Assembly: GCF_001194135.2 (NCBI RefSeq)
Contig: NC_068986.1
Coordinates: 71,417,833 to 71,465,458 of the forward strand
Source: Octopus bimaculoides
Lineage: Eukaryota
Reading direction: 5' to 3'
Length of the DNA stretch: 47,626 bases
Shown: positions 12,900-23,020 of the stretch, piece by piece
Numbering within the stretch: the stretch's first letter is position 1
Layout: each line of letters opens with the position of its first letter
Position numbers and translations under genes: made by a program
Notes under the pieces: model-generated
Databases searched by the model: none
What the model was told of the DNA's origin: nothing
The model's input: only the letters and a program-made list of their open reading frames with translations

Positions 12900-13689
12900 A
12901 GTGTATGTGTTCGTGTTTATCTTTTGTTTGACCTTTAGCAAACACGGGATCAATTCTCACTTTTTTTCCCCTCAATGAATATTCCCAAGAAAGTTATTTT
13001 CATGTGAAAGATATGACGAAAGTCCTGGTCATTCAATAAATCATTGCTTCACAATAAAAGCGTTGTGATCAGTTTAGATAATGCTTAAATGCTGCTTGAC
13101 AATATCTTATATACATGTACCGTCAAGAATAGCTGCTCCTTTGTTTCTGGCTTCGTTGCAGGACCTCTCCCTTTCTCCTCAACATCTCCCGCTCACGGGC
13201 TCAGTCACTGCATCTTCTATATAATCTGATTTCTTCATCTGCACTTCTTTCCGGTCAGTCAATGACTAGAATGTAGATGAACTCTGGGATTTTTTTTACC
13301 ACTGGGATTGTACTTCGTTTGTTTACTTTTACTTTTTCAAGTTTCTTTTGGCTTGTCTTCCCTCATTAAACCATATACTGTTCTGAAGAAAGGTTTATGA
13401 CTGAAACGTCATAACAATGAACTCCTTCCATTTCTCCCAGTGTCAAGCAAATAATTTTGATAGTAAAAGTATCCCGTCTTGTTGATAGTAAAAGTATCCC
13501 GTCTTTGTTCTTCATCACATATTCATCACTTGCTCTGGCGATCTTTCTTTGTCTGCTTTGCCACTTCACTCAATCATTAGAGTACCTTAATTCTTGGAGT
13601 TCCTTACACATTTGCTCACCGTTACCTGCACCTATAAAAATAAAATTTCACAACGATCTTAAATTAAGTTGGATATTTGCCTTTGACTA

Positions 13690-14400
13690 TTGATTGTCAC
13701 TACTTTCCCCAACACTTCTAACACCTTTCATTATATATTTCCTTATTCAATTCAGCTCCTTTCTATATTCACTTCTTTCTTACTCTATTTTGTATTCTCT
13801 ATACGAACAACATGCTACATCTTCATGCATTACTCAAAAGTCTTCACTTCCAGCTAGAGATGAAGTATATAGCTCTATCTTCCCTCCTTGCTGCTTGGAA
13901 CCTTCAATACATTTCTCACGAATTCTTTTCAAAAACTCGTTATTCGAGCCACATTTGATTTCTAAGTCGTTGCTTCCACTAGCACTCATCAATTGTAGCT
14001 TTTGCCTTAATTTACACACATCTTCATACTTCTTTCCTATTATTGATTTATTCTCATTCATTCTTCTTGTCTTGTCCAAGCTACCATTCATTCTACTTTT
14101 TCCCGTATCCGCAGCATAGATCACCAACTCTCTCAGACCCACCTTCTCTGCTATTCTTTTTGCAATCGACCTTTCGTTCAAATTTATTCCTGTCTTCATT
14201 CTACTCTTCAACACTCGGTATTTCAACTTTCTCACACTAAGAAGCGTAAAGTCGACTTCCTATTCCGCTCTATAACTACCCTTAGCAACATCCTAACCTC
14301 ACCCGATTTTTTTACTTCACTCGCTCATCCCCGGCTATACCTCCTGTCCTCAACACCCAACGACCCAGCTCTTCAACTACACCATTATCCCATACTCTAG
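13690..14400 (-). mobile_element. Degenerate non-LTR retrotransposon, post-RT C-terminal region
   Basis: GRWVLRTGGIAG...KLKYRVLKSRM...KIELYTSSL...EDVACCSYREY resembles LINE thumb/CCHC-type C-termini. Clade not resolved. Confidence 0.5.
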
Positions 14401-14411
14401 ATTACTCCTAC

Positions 14412-14696
14412 CTCAACCTGCCATACACACAACTGATATAGCCAATTGTTTACAGTACACGCAGCAGCCAGTGTCAAGTGCAAAAGATACTCAGATACTT
14501 TCAGTAAAATCTTACAATCTAATGTGTCGTCAAAACAGAGTTCATGCCTGAGATGAGTATACAGGGATGGAATAACGCAAGCGCCATGGCTGCAAATCTT
14601 TGTGGATATTTCAAGTCCATTTGTAACCAAACTTATGCTTCCATTGTCCAAAACTATTTCACTGTCCTTTGTCGCAAAGTGGACATCTCTATTACT
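14412..14696 (-). CDS. Candidate internal exon (285 nt, phase 0/0): SNRDVHFATKDSEIVLDNGSISLVTNGLEISTKICSHGACVIPS...LCVWQVE
   Basis: 95 stop-free codons in unique sequence. Acceptor tctgattgttgagcctacag| has a weak pyrimidine tract; donor GAG|gtagga. The other two frames stop early. Confidence 0.35.
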
Positions 14697-15150
14697 CTGT
14701 AGGCTCAACAATCAGATAACGGCAAACAGCTGTCGGGGTTGATGAATATAATAACCTTTGTCTCTATGTCATTGTGTGCATGTCTGCGTGTAAGTGTATA
14801 TGTGTATGCGTGTGCACGTACATTCACCGTCCCCATTCTTTCCCCCGTTGCCCCCTCTTTTGTGTATGTACCTATACACATATTTGTTTGGGTGCATGAG
14901 CATGGGCATGTGTGTATGTGTACCCCTGAACGCCAGTGTGCGTATGGGCAAAGATGCTCACCTGCGTGCGCTGACGTGTGCAGGCCTGTGCCCGGAGGCG
15001 CGCATATTTGGAAGCGCTTGTAAATATGCATGATCGTGCGTGTTTTTACATACATGAATACGTACGCATGTTTTGTAACTAATGGCATAAATATCTTGAT
15101 TCAATGATTCACATATAACTTGCATTTTTTGCACTTGTTTTTGTTATTAC

Positions 15151-15208
<58 letters not shown>

Positions 15209-15644
15209 TATTCTTATTTTTATCACATGCTTTTACTGCACTACCGAACGCAACACTGTGCGCCTTAGGTATGTGCTGTGGTTTGTTTATTATTATCATT
15301 ATAAAATTTTCTTTTCCTGATACCTGCTGTATTTACACATTATCCATCGGGCGCCTTCCAGATACCTGAGGTACGTAATGGATATGATGTTCTTAATGCA
15401 TTTGGTGATTGTATAATGCAGAAAAGCGCTAGGACTGGATTAAGATAAATAAATTAAATTATAAAAACAAATAAAGATAATAAAAATAATAAAAATTGTG
15501 CACATGAGTGCTCAGTAAAAGGATTCTACAGATCTAGGAAATTTACTATGAGAGTGCTCTACATAAAATGGGCGCAATGCCCATTAGGGTAATTTTTTGT
15601 ATTTCCTTTAAACATGTATTTCCATGCATTATTTACATTATTTA

Positions 15645-15880
15645 CATTATTTACATTCGACGGATATTTGTCCTCATCTTGTTTGTTGTTAACACAACGT
15701 TTCGGCTGATATACCCTCCAGCCTTCTTCAGGTGTCTTGGAGAAATTTCGAACCTGGATTTTCATTCCTGAGGTAAAAATTTCCCCAAGACACCTGAAGA
15801 AGGCTGGAGGGTATATCAGCCGAAACGTTGTGTTAACAACAAACAAGATGAGGACAAATATCCGTTGAACGTAAATAATG
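15645..15880. repeat. Near-perfect 104-bp inverted repeat (15645-15748 / 15777-15880, 28-nt loop), PLE-like terminal sequence
   Basis: Direct arm comparison shows about 3 mismatches. Each arm holds CTGAAGAAGGCTG...CAGCCGAAAC. Confidence 0.9.
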
Positions 15881-16399
15881 CACATAATTCCTCATCTCTT
15901 AAATATAGAACTGCATGTATTCCCTTGTGGAGAATGAATTTCTCAGTTTCTTATTACCGCAAGTGCCTCTATGATAGCAGCTGCCGTAGTAATTTTCTGC
16001 TGCCACATTGAGACAATCACCCTACACAGGTCATTGTATTCCTACATTTTATAAAGTTCTTTCATTACTTTAATGTTTTCCGTGGGGACAAGCATATCAA
16101 CTTCGTTCTCTGTGGGAATCGCATTCACCAGCGGCCGTAATGCAAAGAAAGTCAGGCAGATCCTCAGACATAGATAACTAAAAGGATACTTTCTATTTGG
16201 CGTTGGAGGTTTTAGGCAAATTACCAATAGTAATTCGTTGCGAAGGTCTTTTACAGTTTCACAACCAAAGACAAGGCTGAATCAAGCGGCCTCCTTGAGG
16301 ACAAACGTGTGAAATCTCTTCGATTTCTTTCTTTCTTCCTCACAAACTTAGCTGTTCTTAGAGATGGGTGTATAAATGTGTATTGCCTGAGGTCAGCTT

Positions 16400-18230
16400 G
16401 GAAGCAAGTTTACTTGTCCAACTACCTCATGTTGCTTGACATAGAGTGGTAACCATCAGTGAGACCAGGATCTCTGGCGTGTATGAAGTCGCATCCATTT
16501 TCGATGACAATGAGATATTCTCAATTCGTGGTCTGTCGGAATCGGATGACAGGATAGCCGTTCTATTCCAGAAATCCTTAGATCTCAAGGTATGGACAAT
16601 TTCCCTGGAATCAGATACTAAGCAGTTGATCCTGGGATGTGAAAAGCAGCGAAGGTGTTGTCTTTAAATCAGTATTCACTTATGTTCTGACAGGGACATG
16701 ACGGGTAAATTTCTTCAGAAGTATAGAAGCATTCCTAGAGCTGTCACGATAACTACTACTAGTTGGGGTATTGGAACTGCGTTTTAGATAATCAGAGGAA
16801 CTGTGCGGGGGATAATCAGAGGAACTGTGCGGACCATCTAGATCATGTCAAGAAAGGGTATTTGTTAGGCTAACGTGTATAGTGTAGGGTGTCAACTTTG
16901 TGGCCTAAAAATTAAGGATCTGCTCGGTCGACTTATGATTCATAGACGGTGTGTGTGTGTGTGTACTTCAGAGAGGAATATAATCACGACACCCCCATAT
17001 TAGCTGGTTCCTTTAACAAATTTAATCTCACACCAAATTCCCGTCAAACACTTTTCCATTTCGGTTTGGGTTATTATTTCCAAGATGCAACGGCAGACCA
17101 TTGTTACTTTGCACAACTGTTGTTCCAAAAGGCCTCGTAGTACTAGCGAAGAAGTATTTTTGTGTGGTCAATATCGATGTGTTGTTGCGCTTGTCTCCAG
17201 TAAGACAGATTAGCGAAGTAGTTAACAAGAATAGTCGTCAAAATCCAGTGGTGGGTCACCGAGAAGAGGGCGATTAGAACAGAATCAATAACGTTGAGGA
17301 AAGACCTAGTGATAGATAGAAATAGATTGGATGGGGAACTATTGGAGAATCTAGAAAGAAGTGGTTATTAAAGGCATTACAACCGGCGTACTAACGGTGA
17401 GAATGACCCTTGACTATTTCTACTATAAGAAACATGAAGTCTGCATCATCAGCTTAAACATGAGGGAACACGAGTCGTCCGGTCGGGTTTAGTGGCAGAG
17501 GTGCAATACGGCAATATCTCAATCAGGTCTTTGACAGACGGGAACAAGCACATGTTACTCGATTCCAAGCACACGTGTGTAGCATTCCAGTGGCATTTCA
17601 CTCGACTGTAAGGGGCTGGTAACGGAGCGGAGAAAGCAGTGGTCTTTGGCCCCCAAACTGACTGAGTGCCACATGTCTCGGAAAAAGAAGCGATGTCCTG
17701 TGAAAAGTAGACAACGATTGCTGAAATACAGGAGATAAAGAACTACTGTACTAGGTTTAAATAGCTTAGTTTGAACGGTCTAAACTTTGAATTCTATGTG
17801 ATCATACACTACTTGTTTAGTGACCTCTTGACAGACGTCTTACGCAGCAGACACTAGAATGGGAGAGTTCTTGGTGTGTGAACTACTAAAAATAGTTTCC
17901 AGCAAAGTCGACATCGCAGACAGTTTCGGTTCAGAATGCTGTTAAACATAGAAATTAAAATTTTAGCCAACATGTTCAAGAATGCTGGCATTTTGTCATC
18001 GATGGTCGCATAAGGGTAAATGTGCGCGATCTCAAACAATACCATACATAATAATTTCACCTTATACAATACGTGATACAGAGAAAGCTGGAACAAAGCT
18101 GAAAGCACATTCCTTCTGTGCACAAAAAGAGGGCCGGAATCATCTGACGAACGTTTCATGGTTTGCTGACCACTCCTTAAAGACGACGTATCCGGCTTCA
18201 TTCTTCAATCAATGGCATAGGTGAGCTGCT
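16400..18230 (+). mobile_element. Highly degenerate Tx1/L1-type LINE ORF2 (APE plus start of RT)
   Basis: ISETRISG, IAVLFQKSLDLKV, NFFRSIEAFL, WNCVLD (GDWN-like), LLNIEIKILANM (RT domain-1 like). Many frameshifts. Confidence 0.7.
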
Positions 18231-18386
18231 GTATAAAGCAGTCATAACTTAGGCAAGACATTAAGCGGTAGCCTAATTTGCATTAGTATGCTTCTGACAA
18301 CTCACCATTCATTAAATAAATATTTATTTTGTGCACAGCACAGTGTAAGTCAAAACTAAAACACTCACTCACACACACACACACAC

Positions 18387-18426
<40 letters not shown>

Positions 18427-19382
18427 ACGTGTATATATATGTACGTGCATACACAAATATATATATATATATATGGATATATAAATGTATCTATGTATTA
18501 CACACACATCCACATACACACATATAGTACATATATGTGAATATAACTTTATTTATCTATCAATCTTCTATCTATCTGCATATATACATATATACAAACA
18601 TACATACGAGAACATACAAGATCTCTGAGTTTCACTTTGTGAACACCCTGAATTTAATGCTATGTAAATCCCTTTAACAGCTGAATTGTGTTACTTTTTT
18701 GTTGCGTTTGCTTCATGCTTTTGAAACTGCCTGTTTGTTTGCTTAGGGATTTACGTCGATTTTAGGATTCTCCATTTTGAAGAAACAATATTTTCCTGAA
18801 TTACTTGGAGATGTATTACATGTTTGTTATTGTTCTTATGTTAATTATTTTCATTTTATTAGATCTTTCCAGTGCTGTTTATCTGTGGGATTTTGTTGAT
18901 TCTCATGTTATGCTTTATAAGAAGAAAAAAAAGGAAACAAACAAAAAAAAAAACTGAAAATACAAGCATTGCTTATTTGATTAGGAATAAAAAACATCAC
19001 ACATTTTAATTGCACGTGAGAAAAAGAGAAAAAATGCCTGAGACAAAAGTGATAGTGAACAAACAGGCTGTCGGAGTGAAATAAAATATGGAAATAAAAG
19101 AAAAAACTTCGCGGCCCTGATAATAATTGTCTCACCTCCAGGAATATGAAACTGATGTCGTAAATCTTACGGTTGCTATATAGCTTCACGCTTTATTCAG
19201 TGAATTCGAGCGTAAGAACTGAGAGGACTGTGCATGTGTGTACGTATGACTGCGTGTGTGCACGTGTTTCTCTTCATTTGCTTTCGACAGTTGAACGACA
19301 TTATTTCGTTGAAATGCCAGTAAATGTCTGAAACTACGTTTATGTTACTGAACGAATATATACATAAATATGCATGAAGAGA

Positions 19383-19456
<74 letters not shown>

Positions 19457-19535
19457 TACATGTACGCATGAGCTGTAAATACGTGTAAATATCAATATCT
19501 ATCCGTCTGTCTGTCTGTCTATCTATCTATATGTA

Positions 19536-20080
19536 TCAGGTCAACCCATAAGCTCTGTTCGAATTTTGAATAAAGAAAACAAGTGATGAAATGTCATATT
19601 TAATTGAAATTTAATCCTCAATGTCCGTTTCCTGATTATCTATGACTTCCTTCCATCTATTTACAAGCTTTTTATTCCCATCAATTTAAAACTCTTTTGG
19701 TTTCAAAGCGAAGAACTCTGTAACGTCAGTTTCGATCTCCTCCTGGCTTGCAAAAGTTATGTCCGCCAAATGATTCTGTAAACTACGAAACAAATGGTAG
19801 TCTGAAGGAGCAAGGTCGGAAGAATAAGGTGGATGAGGAATTTTTTTCCCAACCAAGCTCTTCGATCTTCTGTGATGTGATCTTTGCAGTGTGGGGGCGC
19901 GCATTGTCCAGATGAAACATTACTCTTTTTCGATTCACTAAAGGGGTCTTTTTTTCTGCAAAGCTTGGTTCAAATGCTCTAATTGCTGACAGTAGACTTT
20001 AGCATTGATTGTTGCATTAGGTGGTAACATTTCAAAGTGAATTAATACTGTGCAATCCCACCAGATATAAAGGATCAAAT
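19536..20080 (-). mobile_element. Mariner (DD34D) transposase 3' fragment with one TIR
   Basis: VWWDC, HLDNARPH and IPHPPYSSDLAPSDYHLFRSLQNHL motifs. TA at 19534-19535 followed by TCAGGTCAACCCATAAG terminus. Confidence 0.9.
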
Positions 20081-20100
20081 ATATAAATATAAATATAAAT

Positions 20101-20127
20101 ATATAAAGGCGACTCGAGTTTCAGGGC
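20101..20127 (-). ncRNA. 3' half of a hammerhead-like motif; 5' half presumably in the gap
   Basis: GCCCUGAAACUCGAGUCGCC: GAAA plus palindromic ACUCGAGU plus GUC triplet. Confidence 0.35.
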
Positions 20128-20599
20128 NNNNNNNNNNNNNNNNNNNNNNNNNNNNNNNNNNNNNNNNNNNNNNNNNNNNNNNNNNNNNNNNNNNNNNNNN
20201 NNNNNNNNNNNNNNNNNNNNNNNNNNNNNNNNNNNNNNNNNNNNNNNNNNNNNNNNNNNNNNNNNNNNNNNNNNNNNNNNNNNNNNNNNNNNNNNNNNNN
20301 NNNNNNNNNNNNNNNNNNNNNNNNNNNNNNNNNNNNNNNNNNNNNNNNNNNNNNNNNNNNNNNNNNNNNNNNNNNNNNNNNNNNNNNNNNNNNNNNNNNN
20401 NNNNNNNNNNNNNNNNNNNNNNNNNNNNNNNNNNNNNNNNNNNNNNNNNNNNNNNNNNNNNNNNNNNNNNNNNNNNNNNNNNNNNNNNNNNNNNNNNNNN
20501 NNNNNNNNNNNNNNNNNNNNNNNNNNNNNNNNNNNNNNNNNNNNNNNNNNNNNNNNNNNNNNNNNNNNNNNNNNNNNNNNNNNNNNNNNNNNNNTATAT

Positions 20600-20805
20600 A
20601 TATATATATGTATGTATGTGCATAAGTTTGTGTATACGCTTGACAACCGATGCTGGTGTGTTTAGATCCCCGTAACTTAGCGGTTCGGCAAAACAGACCG
20701 ATAGAATAAGTACTAAGATTCCAAAGAATAAGTCCTGGGATCGATTTGCTCAACTAAAGGCGGTGCTCCAGCATGGCCGCAGTCAAATGACTGAAACAAG
20801 AGTAA
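20600..20805 (+). mobile_element. SINE family B 3' half
   Basis: CGCTTGACAACCGATGCTGG...AAAGGCGGTGCTCCAGCATGGCCGCAGTCAAATGACTGAAACAAG. Confidence 0.9.
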
Positions 20806-20819
20806 ACCAGTATGGTTGA

Positions 20820-22560
20820 CCTCAGTTTCACACCTGTTGTTGGTCGATGTCACGGTTCTGTCTAATTAGGTCAGAGTTTATGATACTTGTCTGGCAAGCC
20901 TCTTTGTGTATTGTAGCAGATGGGTTCTTAATTAATTTGCTTTCAAGAGTAGTTCTTGTATTTTATGTTATGTTCTTAGTTATCCAGATATTTTCGTGGT
21001 CGTGGTGTTCATTATGCTGGGTAGTCGAAAGAAAAAGGGATATATACCAGGTTGGTTAAGAAAAGGTTATGTATTTGGGGAGTTTAGGACACGTGCTTCT
21101 ATCTTTTATTTCCCACCCATTTGTAAGTGAGATATTACGTTATTTAGAAAGGTTTTGATATGTTTTTGCAAGCATCTTAGGGCCTGTCCCAACCTACTAT
21201 TAAGTAATTTGTTTTTCGATATAAAGATTTGGTAAAATTCTATACATAACTTACATCTCTTTCTCTCTATTCCACACGGTTAAACCGTATAAATGATATC
21301 TCAATCTGTAGTAAACTCTGGTTCCTACCTTTCAGGTCCAAAATTAGTTTGATTAAGCCCGTGCTATTATTCTTACTTCTATTTCTAAATAAATTTATAC
21401 GAGTTCCTAGTCTTCTTGTTGAAATTTAGCGAGCTGGCCTTTATATAGAAGTACGTCCTTCCTGCAGAAATGATCTTGCATCGATATACTAGGTTTTTTG
21501 ATATACTAGGGTTTTAAGGGGCATACTTTATTCCTAGCACGATTACGGTGATCTAATTCCCTGTTTCCATTATCTGATGTGTTGTAGTTTATTCTATTTT
21601 TCTCTGCTGCCCTCATTTCTGTTGATCTACTACTTTCCCCAAGCTTTCCATCCATAGGTGTTTGTGGGTGCTATTCTAGCGATTCCTGTGCCCTGTTTTG
21701 TGGATGTACCGGCTTGTGTTGAAGTTGTCTTCCCTCGACTGCTGTTATGTTGGTAAGTGTTCGAGTCTCTTCTGTTATTAATTATTCCTGTCCTGTCACC
21801 CGGTTTACCATTATCAATATTCCCGTTAATGGGGTCGTTTTTCTGGTCTAGTCTACTATTTTTATCGGTCCTTCGCATGTAAGATAATCTTCTTGCTTTG
21901 TGTGCTGCTATGATCTGCGCTAGGTTACGGCTAGTGGAAAAACATTCTTTTGTTTGATCTCATTTAATGCATGACTATCTTCAATAGATTCTGAAGTCAA
22001 CACGCCATCCGGTACTGCCGCTACAGCTATCAGCTGTTGGGATTTATTGACAGAATTGATAAATGTTTTTTTCATAAGATGACCTTTTGATTGTTTCTGG
22101 TAGTACAGTGTATAACATCCTAAATATTGGTTCATTTGTTTATTTATTTGCGTTCCTTCCTTGTTCTATAATGTGTTATTTCGTTTCAAAATATTTTTCA
22201 AATTCCCGAAACGATGTTTTGTTTTCATGTTTACATGATGTGATCACCCCGGAGACCCTATTTATCACGTTTTCCTTGAAGGTAATGATTTCCAGGATTT
22301 TTTCCCAGGCACAAGTTGCATACCCGTGATGTTCTGTTGATTGGAGCAGCATTTTTCTATAATGGACCAGTGGGTCGTATGTTCCACTCCATTCTGTTTG
22401 AGCCTCTATATGAGGTTCGCTAGAGATGTGGGGTGCCTTTTATTTATATTGAAAAATGTGTGATGGTTGCACAGACGATTTTTCATGGTATCTCCGGTGC
22501 CACCGATGTACACGTATTTTTGCGTACCTGTCTTTACTTCACATTTGTAAACTATATTCC
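20820..22560 (-). mobile_element. Composite Penelope-like element remnants with two different GIY-YIG endonuclease domains
   Basis: RNIVYKCEVKTGTQKYVYIGGTGDTMKNRLCNHH (about 22440-22560) and KNLVYRCKIISAGRTYFYIKASS (about 21420-21500), each followed by C-x-x-C / C-x-H-like C-terminal remnants. Confidence 0.8.
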
Positions 22561-22567
22561 TTATTTA

Positions 22568-23020
22568 TCAATTTAGTCAATAAATTCCAACAACTAATGA
22601 CTGTAGTGGCAGTACCGGATGACCTATTGAAGATAGTCATGCCTTAAATGAAATCAAACAAAAGAACGTACTACCCATCCTTGACATCTGCTGATTGACT
22701 AGCAGAATAAGTCCAACACCAACACACACACCTCCATCGCCATATAGCTATCATTCCTTCCTTTTTTCCATCACTTTCCACTCATCCCCAACAAATACCC
22801 ACATAACTCACTTAACCTTGATGCAAGTCAAAAAGGATAACCATCCCTCTGTTGTACATCCAGTAATACTATATTGCCTGAAGAAATGAGTCCATGAAGA
22901 TGCCCACGGCTACTAAGAACTACACTGTAATCATCCCAGGTATACGGACTGTGATCTTTAGAGACATGTGAATTGTGGAAACGCGCGTAGCGATGCATTA
23001 AATGTTTATAAATTCTATCC
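22568..23020 (+). mobile_element. Inverted PLE terminal (pLTR-like) segment
   Basis: 22568-22680 is a reverse-complement paralogue of 21915-22058. Ends in a hammerhead-like motif followed by (TTC)n. Confidence 0.65.
22871..22995 (+). ncRNA. Type I hammerhead-ribozyme-like motif
   Basis: CUGAAGA (22878-22884)...GAAA (22978-22981), palindromic helix III ACGCGCGU, GUA triplet ending at 22989, 6-bp helix I UAUUGC/GCGAUG. Helix II is 93 nt and not cleanly closed. Confidence 0.55.

Noticed and set aside
13457-13505. 25-bp tandem duplication (similar ones at 16787-16832 and about 45027-45070)
   Set aside because: Ordinary slippage inside dead repeats; only two units, so not array- or CRISPR-like.
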